A stretch of DNA of 64,000 nt, taken from NCBI GenBank assembly GCA_030704615.1, contig CM060734.1:1736001-1800000 (forward strand), in the 5' to 3' direction. The stretch is from Takakia lepidozioides. Its lineage: Eukaryota; Plantae; Bryophyta. The position numbers were made by a program, and so were the translations under genes. Shown one piece after another: positions 49,696-62,192 of the stretch; position 1 is the stretch's first letter, and each line of letters starts with the position of its first letter. The notes under the pieces are model-generated. The model saw only the letters and a list, made by a program, of their open reading frames with translations, searched no databases and was not told the origin of the DNA.

Positions 49696-50476
49696 CGTTG
49701 AACCGATGGTGACTGCCATTAGTTGTTTGACATACCAAAAGATGGAAAACGATGTTGTGGATTTTCTTTGAGTGATTCCGCCAGTAGCGAACGTGACATT
49801 TTACTACGATCAAATCTCCATGCTTAATGTCGGTTCTATTGATGACGGCGTTCTTCGCATCAAGGTATGACACGGTGTTGAATGGATGGTTTAATGTCTT
49901 TGTTTTTTTTGCAGGACGAGATCCGTTGGGCTGTGCTGGGTCAGTAGGTTTAAGAACGTTTATCTTAAAGGGCAGGCCACTAACAGATTGCCACTCAAAA
50001 TCCTGACAGACTGTCTGCCAATATGTTGACCATTCGTTGACCATACTGTCTTCAATATTAACTGTAATCTTGGACGTTTCAAATGTCTAAGAATATGAAA
50101 ATCGGCCGTAATTACCCTCTTCCCCCAAATTTGGATAAAGGCAGTTACCGATGAATAATGCAACCTCTTCAGTGTTATGAGTGGTGTTCCATAAACTGCT
50201 GTAACAAGTTCCCGGGTTTGGAATCCGTTTCCAAGTTGTTTTTAGTTGGAGAATATGGTGGGGATTGTGCTCGTACACTGCATAAAATTCATCTTCCGTT
50301 GTCTTGACCTGAGTTGACAATGTGTCTGAGGTCACCTCCTCATGATCGACACCCTCGTCGACATGCACATCGGCCTCAATTTCATTGATGGGGTAGGTTG
50401 AGAGGTTGTCTCCCATTGTGATTTGCATGTACCTGAACCATACAATATTGTCAAAGTGAATATTATTAAATAACAC
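49696..50476 (-). pseudogene. Unidentified AT-rich ORF (one internal stop), interrupted by P1 and continuing at 15119 leftwards
   Basis: ORFs 50087-50476 and 49682-50044 share a frame. Across the TSD the frame continues ..HRFNV|RRMAQKTSYFKNDQF*. Confidence 0.45.
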
Positions 50477-53400
50477 TACTTTGGTAGAATAAATAATGAA
50501 GACTAAATTGGATGAAATCCTGAATAAGATACAGATACGATCAGATCAGATCACTTGTTGTTTATGACTAGTGGTAGTGACAGACTCTTGAGAAATAAAC
50601 AGCAAATCTATGGTGCGCAGCTACTCAAATCCAAGGGAGTAGCAGCACCAAGAATGAAGGATCTGTGCAGATCTATGGCAATCTACAATGCTCCGCACTA
50701 CCAGGTTCACCCATTTCTCCAATGTGGCAGCCAAGCTTACGTGAAAAAATGGCAACCTGCGGTGCTACTTCCACTGCGGGAGCATAGTCTAATGGAGCCT
50801 GGCTTGGATGGATGGCTGCAGCAGTGGATGGCACTACCATGGCCTCCTTATCCCTTTCAGAATAAGAAGGAGGGCGGGGGGGGGGGGGGGGGACCTGCCA
50901 ACCAGATGTAGACATTCTTCATTTGAGATGCTAGGATATTGACAAGTTGAAACTGACACATGGATTTACATTTGGCAACAGCCTCACAGCAGTATAAGAG
51001 AGCTAAGTTTCCTAGTGATTGCCAGTCCTTCCCCTCTCCCCGCCATTGATGTCCAGGAAACGTCCACAGAAAGCCGAGAGAGAGAGTGTTACATAACATG
51101 TCAAAGCTAGACAACGAAACACTAAGCACATTGTGCTGTGTTTGCCTCCATTTAACGACATCAGACAACCTAATTTAGGCACCATCAAACTGTCTCTACC
51201 CAGATCTGCCTCCATACCTCCCTTTATATTATATCCTAGTTGGAAAAACAGTTTTAAGGTCTACTAAGTGGCAATCACATGCACATTAGGTAGGGCCTTC
51301 TCATAAACAGATCTACCTCCTTACTTTCATATCTTAGGAAGCAACAGTAGAAGTAGAAAGAGCACAAGTGTCTCCTTACAAGTAACCCATTTCCATGTAG
51401 GTACAAGCTCATAGATCCATCAAGCCAAATAGAGCAAAAAAAACAATAGTATGTGTACAATCAACACATACAAACAGATTTGAGATTTGAGAGAGCTCAA
51501 GGCCTCACTCCCTTAGTCTCTTGCCCTTAGTAGCATTTCCTGCAACAAAAGAAGGTGAAGTGGCATCACCTGGATCCATCAGAGCCAACCAACCAACCAA
51601 CAGGTTAGTGATCCCTATGGAACCCCAGGCTTAAACCCCTTCACATTTGTTATCAATGTCATCCCTGCAACAGGTCATACTAGCAAAGAGAAGAGAGGTA
51701 AGAGAGGTCCTTTCAGCCTGCATTCAGCGTAGGTACAGAACTCAATAGCACCTGTTTCAGCCCATGCTCCAGAGGGAGGGGGGGTGGTCTCATGTCTGTA
51801 AGCACCCATTCCCAAAAGGAAGGTGTCACTAGAGCCAAGTACTCAAGCAAGGGGACACATAGAGGCTTTTGGTTTGCAAAAGTATTCAAAGAATCAGAGT
51901 AGAGCTAATCATGTCCATGTAAGTAAGCATGACAACAAGCACCTATTCCCAAAAGGAAGACCAAGTACTCAAGCAAGGGCACATAAAAAGAAGCCCTTGG
52001 ATTTGCAAAAGCATTCCTAGGTTCAGAGTAGAGCTTAGGCAAGTCCATGTAAGTTCCTCATAGTGTCAACTCTCTTTGTGTTGCCATCCTAAGCAGCCCA
52101 TCACAGTGTTGAAGGAGTCTAAATGGATACCTTGCTTGTAGACAATGTGTAGTCAGCTCCTTCAGCTCTTGCCTGCTCCTCTTCCAAATGAGAAGAGTGG
52201 CCAAACATACTAACCATGTAGGGCAACAGCTTTAGGTTAAGACCTCTAGGGTGAACCCTAATGAGTCACCCTCATGAGTCATCCTAGTGAGTCATCCCGT
52301 TATGCAATTCCCTGTTCCGTTCTAGACAAAAAATCTGAACGGAATAACGGGATCAGGCAATGTTGTCTATAAAGATCTTAGCAACATTTAAGGAAAGAGG
52401 GAGGGAGAAAAATTCCTCAAGCCTCTTATTTTCAGGCAGTTCTTGAATGTTGTTGCAAAGAACACATCCACAGTCAAGTAGAGAGAGAGAGAGAGAGAGA
52501 TGAATTTTTCATACTAGCAAGAAACGGCTGTAAAGCCTGCCCTTGGCATCTTTTGTAGGCAAGTGTCTTCGCACACTCAATGACCACCACCACAGTTGTG
52601 AACAACTCCCCAAAAATATATTTTTCCAGCCGAAAGAATGCAGCGGAGAGCCACTAAAAGAGACCAAGAAAAAGCCAACTCCTCTAAAAAAGCAGCAGCA
52701 ATCCAGCCGTATTTGGCCCTCTGTCTGGGAGCTTTATACTGCTAGACCCACTGAGCCCGCCACGACTGATGTGACAAAGACCACACTCCCTAGCACACTA
52801 TTGAGCCCTACCTGAAGAATCAAATTCCATAATGCATTATGTAGCAGATGTTAGGTCAAATCAAATCCAAACTCAGTGTGAAGTAACGCCTGCATATTTT
52901 GACACCCATCCAACTTTCTCTTTAGGATTTCTTTTCTGAATGTTGCATCTTCAGAGTACAAAAATACTACTACACAATTTTGTTGTAATCTCAATTTTAG
53001 GGCCCATGAGCCTTCATGTACATATCATAATTACATTTTAACTTCCTGTGTTACATTCACGCACTGCTGCCTGACTACAGCCAAGAAGATGCGTGCAACA
53101 AGTGACCAACTTGCATAAAAAGCATGTACATACTATCCTGGAACTATTTAAAGACTTTTAAGAAATCACACACACATAAATTTGACAATTTACCTGGCTA
53201 TGCCCACTTCTTATGAATGCCACAATGAACTTGTGAGCCCCGTTTCCAAAGGGAAGGAGTGACACCCCAGCAACTATGGGTGCCAGAGTTCATCCCCGGG
53301 ATGGAAAAATGGCGCCGAACTTCCATCCGAGGGGGGTCGGATGAAGTCGTCTCGGGGAGCGGTAACACGAAAGTGCATGGGGTTTATCCCTTTATAACGG

Positions 53401-53949
53401 TCACTGGCCGAGCGGCGGATTGAGAGCCGAATTTGGTGAAAAAGCCGATCAGCTTTATTGTTGTCTCGCAAGGCTGGGATGCAAGGAACATTATGAAGAT
53501 CTTGGTGGTTAGAAGCGGAGGTGCAGCTGGTTACGCGAGTAGGTGGACCGTGGTCTTCGACTTCAGCTGCAGAGATAAAAATACCATGTTGTAGGTAATT
53601 CCTGAGCACACTAATGGTTTCATACCTGCGTATAGTGAGCAGCCAAGGTGTTGGACTGGTTAATGGGCTCATGTCTACAAGTCGTTGTGCCAGTGTTACA
53701 TCGGTACTGATGACAAACGATTTGATAAAGTTGTTCATGGCATATATCATGGTGTAGGTCCAGAACCCGTTAAACCCGCTACTCGCGGGCCAGAGTTAGT
53801 AGGTCGGGTCCAGGTTTTAATTTTAGGTGGGGCATGTGGGGTCCAGCTTAGATGCGGTAGGTGTTGGAATATGTGTGGAGGGTGTCCACGGTTATAGGCC
53901 CTGGGGGTATAGGCATCATTTCTTCTGTAACTTGCTACATGGGCCCAAG

Positions 53950-54030
53950 GTGACGTGGCGGGATGCGGGCTCACGCTGACGTGGTGGGATACGGGCCCAC
54001 GCTGACGTGGCGGGTGCATACGCTCACACG
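53950..54030. repeat. ~26-bp tandem repeat x3 with TGACGTGG(C/T)GGG core
   Basis: GTGACGTGGCGGGATGCGGGCTCACGCTGACGTGGTGGGATACGGGCCCACGCTGACGTGGCGGG. Confidence 0.7.
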
Positions 54031-54059
54031 CTCACGTCGTTGCGTCGCTGGGAACGATA

Positions 54060-56620
54060 ACTTCCTTAACATTCATACTGCTTTTGACACTTTGGACTGG
54101 TTTTGTATTGCGTCTGGGTTCAAAGTTAACGCAGCAGAGAGCCTACCATCTAAGAATCTAAACTAGCACCAGAGTAACACCAAAGGAAGCCCAGCATGCT
54201 AATGCTTGGCTCTAAGAGGCTCGAAATTGAGATGAGCTCGGACTTTGGAGTCCCGGTTTTTACGATGACGCCACTTGATGTCCTCATCGTAATCTGCTGG
54301 GGAGGCCCAATGGTTGGGGGAGTCACCAGTTGACTGGAGGTCTGGGTGACCACTGGACACTGTCTCCCTGCCTTTGACATAACAATCCAAGGTGGCCCCA
54401 TTGGGAATCAAATGCCGAGAGGTGAGAAGCCCTCCGCTCCTCATTGCATCTGCGAACTGTTTCCATCAACACCCCCCACAGTTTGTGGCCCCCCTCTACT
54501 TGTAAGTAAAAGAAAAGCAGGTTTAGAAAGGTCTTAATACATACAGGCCTGTGATCAAAGATGGCAGCACAACGGGCCTTCCAAATACACCAAAGACCAA
54601 GACCCCGTAATGCATTCCAGACCTGGCAAGAGTGCCAGATAGAAGATGAAGAGATATTGAGCAGGATTAAAAGAGGGTCCCTGTGATTGAAATCCTGCAG
54701 CTGCCGGTAGAAAGAATGAATCTTATCCCAGATACCTGCTGCAAACTGACAATAGACAAAACAATGAAGCAATGTTTCTGGTTCAGACTGGAGGCAGGAT
54801 CTGCACAGATTATCAGGGGGGAACATTAAGTAGGAAATGGGGAGGATCCTATTGCAGAGCCTCCAAAGAAACGTTGAAGTCTTGGCTGAGCGTTGTTTGA
54901 GCCAAACGTCAGCCCAAACAAGTTTCCACGCAACCTCAGGGACCTGAAGGGGGGCCCATTTAGCATACAACTTATCAGAAATCGGGTAGTCAGTAAGCTG
55001 CGTTTGGTAACCCAATTTAGCAGAATAAGCAAAGAATGGTTTGGTTTTATCCTGAATGCACCAAGACCATTCACCAGGATCCCATTGCAGCTGGGAGATA
55101 GGCAAGGATTGAAACCAATTTAAACCGAAACGGCCGAGCACCATTGAATCAAGGTACCTGCACCATTATAGCCGGATTGATTGTGCCAGCGTGGTCAATG
55201 ATTCTGACTGCAAACGTGGAACCTGCATGACATGACATGGCCCCCAAAGGAGACAATGAGCCATCTAGGCTGCAAGAGAAGCCAACCCCTGAGGCTGTAT
55301 TGTCAAGTAGCAATGAGACATAGATGATAGGGACTGGTATTCCCCCCAAACAACCACGCCAGGCAGGGGCCTGCCTCATTTCACAGCCAGGAAGAAGCAA
55401 GGCAGACCAACGCTGAGAAACAACATCTGAAATTAGGGGCCACCTAGAGTGGATTGCATTTAAGTGTTTCTCACCTGTCAATGCGGCACTCTGAACCAGA
55501 CCCTGACCTATCCACACATTCGTGACCGAGGGATCCCTGCCAATTCCCAGTTAGTCCATCTCGCAGCGCCGGAGGCCAGTGACTCACTATCTAATTGAAG
55601 ATTACAAAACAGAGGTTGACGGATGGCCTCATCCCACGACTTAGGAGAAGTTTGATAAAGATACTCCCTTAGTCGGGTCCATGCCCTCTAGATTGCATGC
55701 CAGGCCAGGGACCCAATTGACTGTTTGCGGTTTCTGGCACGGCCCCCTTGTACCAGCCATCGTAGACTGGGGATCCAGGAGTTGCTTGAGGAAGGAATCG
55801 AGCGCCGGATGTTGTGCCAAAAGAGGAACTTCCAGGGGCCAGCCATGGGCAAAAAAACCCTTGGGATCCATTTGCCAAGAAGAGCCGTGATCTCCTTCTC
55901 AATATCTAGGAGTCCAAGACCCCCTGTTTTTTTCTTGAGACATAACTGAGACCAGGAGACCAAAGCCCGCTTGGGGACCGAGGCGTCCAAAGCACCCTAC
56001 AAAAAATTACGGATTATAGCCTGGATAGACTTAAGGATGACCTTACTTGGATCCCAAACAGAGGCTATAAACCAGATAGCTCAGCAGAAAGAACCTGGTT
56101 TGCAACCAATGCACGACCAGCAATGGAGAGTTGGGATGAGCACCAAAAGTTAACCTTGATTTAAGAGTTTTGAGGATCGGGGTAAACCTGTGAAGCTCTG
56201 AGAGATCATGACCAATCAGGTGACCAAGCAGTTTAGTAGACTCCCCTTCCTTTAACCAAGAAAGCCCTTGATCCCTTCCCCATTCAGGGATATGAGCCAC
56301 TGACTGAGAGTCAAGCTTGGAGAGAATACCCACAGATTTGGACCACTCAAAGGAGGTGATATCTCTTAGTGTGTTAGATTCTTAGGCATGTTATTGGTGT
56401 TCGTTTTCAGTTTCGGACTTGCTCTTTAACAAACTCCAGGAGTATGGCTCACTGAGTTCATCAGGGCTCCTGGGATTTCAGGATTGTAGCCTACCCTTGG
56501 TGGCTTGTTAGGGTGTTACCCAATCTTCCAAGATGTAAGCCTTATGGCCTCCTGTCCTGGTTATTTTTTCCAGGACACCTCTCATTAATATGATATACAG
56601 GGCTCTTTCCTCCCCTTTAA
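54060..56620. mobile_element. 5'-truncated L1-type LINE (RT end, zf-RVT, 3' UTR) with internal ~2.2-kb inversion
   Basis: + strand FDTLDWFCIASGFKVN; - strand WSKSVG..TKLLG, LVSWSQLCLKKKTGGLGLLD, STFLWRLCNRILP..CRSC..ETLLHCF; + strand 3' UTR at ~56500-56620 resembles the UTR of the LINE at 62164. Confidence 0.8.
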
Positions 56621-58262
56621 TTTTTATTTTTATTTTTATTTTTGCCTAATTTGAAAAAATTACACATCCAAGATGCCTAATTTAAAAAAATTCTTAAAAG
56701 TGCCTAACTGCCAAATGGCCCCAAAAATAATTATTAGGCGAGCAAGTGCCTAACCGGCTATCCCACTACGATATGAGGTCTGTTTGGCAGCTACCGGCTG
56801 ACATAATGTAGCACATCTATGGAGTTGATGTCCATCAATAATTCTCAGGGTCGGAGCCACTCCGAATTGCCAGATCCAACTGCCTACTTCCAAAAGAATT
56901 CCCAGGAGTGGAACAGGGTGATAATAACAGACCAGTATTATGTATACTAGCCCAGAAACCAACCCACCAGCCCTGTGGTGCATACATGCAACCCAATCAT
57001 TTGTTTTGGAAGTGATGTGATTCCCATTTCATTAGTATGATTTTGACAACCAAATTGCTTTCCAAATTGTGAAGAATGGATGTTACACCTCACAGGGTCA
57101 ACATAAATGTGAATGCTTCACATTTGCAAATACAGTATACCCTAAATCACTGTGTGCATGGATTGCATGCCTACAGTAGTGACCGCAGCTGAATCTCTTG
57201 TGTTCAGAGTTTTGGACCTGCTGTGTCAAAAACAAGCTTAAGGGGACCTGACCATTTCCAGTTTGATTTGCATAAGAAATCAGAAATTTTTATCAGTGGG
57301 ATATTCGCATAGATTTTGTCTCTAGACCTAAATCATTGTAAACTGAACTCAAGGGTATAGTGAGGAGGAAAAAGTAGCATATGATCCACCCCTTTCCTCC
57401 ACTTCATCACAAGACTGAATAAAACCTCTCCAACTGAGTTCCATGGACCAGAAGGCCAGTATCAGCAAGTCTTATCTCTCTCATTACCCAACAAACACAC
57501 AAGGACTCCATCTCCTGTTGAACCCTAAAGAGACGAGACTGGCTGCATGTGATGTGCATCTGAAACTTCTTTGCATTCTCAGTGCCCGATTCCCGGATAT
57601 TCATCGCACAATGACATAACTGAATTCAACCTAGCTGATTTAATCCCGGAGGCAGTAGAGTTGGCAACAGCAGGTGGTGGCTGCATGCCTCATCACCGTC
57701 TTAAAAAAATTGTTTCAATTGCTCAACATAGAAGCTTGCTCCTTAGTATTTGTTCAATGCACATCCATAGATGCAGCATCAAGCATTATAAGTTCATACA
57801 TGTATCAAACCAATCTAGCGGAAGTGGGACTGGTCGTCCCATGAATTAGAAGATCACTAAGAACTAGATATGGTTGCCGGGGCAGCCACCACTGGATCTA
57901 ATAGGTGAGAGCTAACATCAAAGCACTATATCCTACTGACAGTTGTACTGCTTTCCTTACATGCTGCCATAATTCTCTCAAAGCAAACGACTGTCCACTT
58001 GGTTGTTTGGGCTCCACTATAGCTCATGAAAAATGGGAAGATTGAACCAGCAGCATGCAACTTCAACTATAGGAGTGTCAATTTCATGCTGTGTCAAGTT
58101 TCTTTCTTTCTTGGTCCTATGCCCTCTATGCCCTAGACTGAATGGCAGTGCAACCCAGAGCCACATGTTTCATGTCTGTGTGGGTTGTACCTACTAGTGC
58201 ACATCATCACATACTCAAAATTTATGGGTACACTTGCTCTCCTCTCTGAGATGCTGAGAAGT

Positions 58263-59460
58263 TCAAGGGAGTACATTGTACAAGTGATTGCTTGAGAATT
58301 CAACTTGCAGAGGGACCCTCATGATTAGCTCCTTGGTGCGCAACAGTGGAGCATGCAAGTCTGCCCGTGCCTCAGATATCATTCGCACCACACCATACCT
58401 CCTACACCCTACACGACGGTCACTGGTCATGTAAATGGGCTCTACTTGTTCCTCCAAGCAAGCCTCAATCTGAAAGTGCCCTTCAATTGCCATCACCCAA
58501 GCAGTTCACGCCTTGAAGAAGTGGACAGCAAACTGTCTAGGCATTAGACAGACACTATTGCAGCACCTCTCCTTCATTTCCCTGTCTATTGAGCTTGCAC
58601 AGATGAGCTTGTACAGATGGGTGCCTTCGTTGGCAAGTGGGCCCAATCTGAGTAAAACACTTAAAGGGGGTAAAGCTCACAAACGGGATAAGCTCCACCC
58701 CTGAGAACCGCAACAGCTATACACTTAGTTTGGGAAATGATCCTTCTTCAATTGCTGTAGCAGGACTGTGTTTTTCAGTGGCTGTGAGATATTCTCAAGG
58801 CTACTGGTAACTGGGTGCACGTTGGCATCTTCATACAAAGAGCGCATAATGAACTCAATCTTCACTGCTTCTGTAACAGTGCAACCACTCATCTGACATA
58901 CACCTGTTCTGGCAGCACTTGTGACCACGGTATTTTGGGATGATCGATTATCCTTCTAACTGCCAATAGCAACACTAGGCAATGGCACAACTGCTATATT
59001 TGAAGGATCAGTAACTCCTGTAATGTGTTCAATATCAGGAGTCTGGGTGCCAAAATCAAGTACTTGAACACAATGGTTCGCCCATTCTGGCAGGGTAGGC
59101 CACTGCGAGTGCAGCATTCCATTTTTGCTCACTCAGCTGAATCACATCTACAGCTCGAATCTGTGGTGTGGCAATCTCGTTTGTATGCTAAACATGTATC
59201 CCGGAGTCATCTGGTGCAGCCATCGAACAGAGCCAAACTCGTTTCCAAGTGCTTTGAGCCCCAACATCAGCTGTCCCAAATGTCTTCCAGGGGTATGGTG
59301 TCGCACGTCCAGGAGGCCTGCAATGGAGGTCTGCAATCTTCCGAAGTAGTCTGATCCCGACACCAAGAGCTCAGTCTGTCCGAATGGTTTGATGGCCTGA
59401 GTCTTAGCTCCAAAGTCTTCCTGCCCTACATCATGACAATCTCTTCAAGTAGTTCGGTGA
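58263..59460 (-). pseudogene. Possible decayed coding sequence of unknown family
   Basis: ORFs 59148-59366, 58725-58928 and 58263-58496 share one frame with few stops; no motif recognised. Confidence 0.3.
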
Positions 59461-59856
59461 TGTTGTTGGGTTCTGCCCAGCATTGCGCAGCGCACAACCT
59501 CTGAAAGCGCTCTGCTGTCCGACATCAGGAACCACAACTTCCCTCCCTCTTGTTTGTTGATCTACGACAACTTGGAGAGTACGGTGCCCCAGAATCCCTC
59601 AAATGGATTGACCCCCCCCTTCTGTAGCTCCCGACTTGTTCCAAAGTCTTCCAGGGCCTTTGCTACTCGCCCGTCAACTGCTCCTAAAAATTTCAAAAGT
59701 GTGTGTTTGCCCAACAACTACACGTTCACAGTCCTTAAGAGTAACTTGGTCCCATATGATTGCGACCCCAAATTCATTCGAGTCAGTTTGTTCCCCTGCA
59801 CTTTAGCTCAGAGGTCTCAAGAGGACAGTCAAAATCCTACCGGTCACATGCAAGTA

Positions 59857-60409
59857 TTACCCATAAGAGGAACGCATCTGAAGAGGATGGCGGGCCAAAG
59901 GGATTAGTTCAGACAAAGGAGTAGAGCTAGGTGTAGACTGTGGTGTAGGGAGAGGGGAGGTGCGGCACATTGGGCATGACGCATGCAGGCGAAGCCAAGC
60001 ATCTATACATGGAACATGGAAGATATGACGACATTCAGGTAGCATACGAAGAAGCTCAGTATCCTTGTAATCGGCTAGACAGATAGAACATGTTGTGTCC
60101 TGAAGGTGGGCTGGTGGCTCGATTGCAGAGTAGGTGACTTTAGGGTATGTTTCCACCGTTGCCTGGTCTAGCCCGCTAATGGACCACTCTGCTACACTTC
60201 CACTGCCATCTTCACCAACTTGCTGTGGAGCCACTGCAGTATTGCCAGTCTGCCCCGCCTGACTTGATTGATGCACGCGCACGCACACATATGAAGCCAG
60301 CATAATCGTTGATACCAGCACAAGGATGCCCACTGCTATGCTAATGCATATCCCCCCCCAACTTGCTCAAGGTTTCCACAGGCGGGGAAGTGGCGTTACT
60401 GGCGCTCAT
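59857..60409 (-). CDS. RING-H2 E3 ubiquitin ligase of the ATL family (ATL67-70-like), intronless; apparent indel near the G-run at ~60350
   Basis: TM helix (SIAVGILVLVSTIMLASYVC), GLD motif (GLDQATVETYP), RING-H2 CSICLADY..LPECRHIFHVPCIDAWL..SCPMCR, tail SPLPTP.STP.STPLSE. Confidence 0.92.
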
Positions 60410-62161
60410 CCTCCTCCTCTATCATCCCCAGATGCTGACCGTCAACTGCACTGCGGGTTGCTCCTGCAGCACCGCCAGTGAAACCAGTTGACGAGATTGA
60501 AGCTGAGGCCACTAAATGCACAACAGCTGAAAGCGGTTGCTGGTGGAAACTGCTACCGTAATGCAACAGAGCAAGCCATGGACAAGTCAGTGAGTACTGT
60601 TACTGCTCTCACCTGCCGCTTTTCAGCACCACCCAAAAACTGTCCGACTCTGCAAGAGAACCTGGCAAGCCACCACAGCACTGCAGACACCTCCGAGCTA
60701 CGCAGTCTTCAGAGATCAACACAACAGCACCTCACTCCCAGGAACAAAACCCACCAAAACCCACAAACAAAAACAACAGACAATTTACTTCCAGCTTCAA
60801 GAAGCTGGATCTACGAATCGGCATTGAGCATTTCCCTGCATCTAGCTGTTGCAAGCTGAAGATTCCATACCTTCCTCTCTTTCTCCCTCACTTCCAGCAA
60901 CTGGCCAGCTCAGGCCCCAGTCTGGGACCCAGCCTACCATTATACCCACCTTTATTACATTCACACTTCATAACTCCGAAATAAAGTACAAGCCATTTTA
61001 CGCCCTTATTTTTTACACTATTGTATCCCCCCACACGTACACTACTAAATCTAACACGTTACACAAGCAAAAATCAGGCAAACAAACAAACAAACAAACA
61101 AGCGATGCGAGTCGGCAGGAACCTCAGCCCCTTCTTGTCTCGCCTACCGGTTATAGTCGTCCATGTCAAAGGGGTCATGATCATCTCTGTTGTTTGTTTG
61201 TGCCAACACGGCTGCGATATCCTGCTGAGAAATCTCCCAAGACCGCATTTTCCACCCGGGAATTTAGTCAAGTATGGGAGGAGGAGGACATATCGGGCCA
61301 GGAATGGAATTTCGACAAACACATACGAAATAGCTCCGTGCGTCGGTCACAATAAAACGGTGGCTTGAGTTTAATGCAAGCGTCGGTGTCGCACACTGGA
61401 CACGCTACTTGCGGGCCAGAAACCAGGCCTCCGCTGACATGGGGATCAACCCCGCCGCCATCAAATCATCCCCAACTCCTCCTCGCTTCTCAGCGCAGCA
61501 CTGCTCATCGCTTGACATCCCCATCCCTCCCTGCTATCGTATTCATCCTGGCCTCCTATCTACTTTCCAATATGTTGATTCCCTTTTGGTGTTGATCCTC
61601 CTTAAACACCTTCAAAAGCTAATCCTCTTTTTTTCCCCTCTACTGAAAGGGGGAGAAGGCCCTTGTAAGTAGAGAACCATGAAAAAAACAACCACGGTAG
61701 GCGGAAGCACAAATTTTAAACGTTTCAATTTTTTCGGGTGAGCGCATTTTTGTTAGCTGTCTATTTTGGGGATATGAAGCAGAGTTTTTTTTAAAATTCG
61801 GAAAATAGCACGAGTGGCTACAGAGCTTTGCAAAAAATAGGCATATATTATGTTCATCCATTCAAATTAGGACAGAATCATCCACATCCATACTTTCATC
61901 CATTCATATCATCCACATTTGGCGAATTCATCCATAATTTTTATTTTTTTTGGAGAAATTTGGCGATTTCATCCATGAAAAAACATGGAATTTGCTACAG
62001 AATATTCTTTTCTATTTTTTGAGGTCGCCATTTGGCGAAAATTCACCAAAAAAAATAACGCTGATATGAAGGCAAGACATCTGAGAGTGATGGATAACTT
62101 AGTTGTTTGACACTCATCTGCTGATGATATTGATCGATTGATTGATTGTTTTTTTTTCGTG

Positions 62162-62163
<2 letters not shown>

Positions 62164-62192
<29 letters not shown>

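Noticed and set aside
61660-62065. Possible MITE (CATCCA and TTGGCGA repeats)
   Set aside because: I could not define termini or a TSD from this window.
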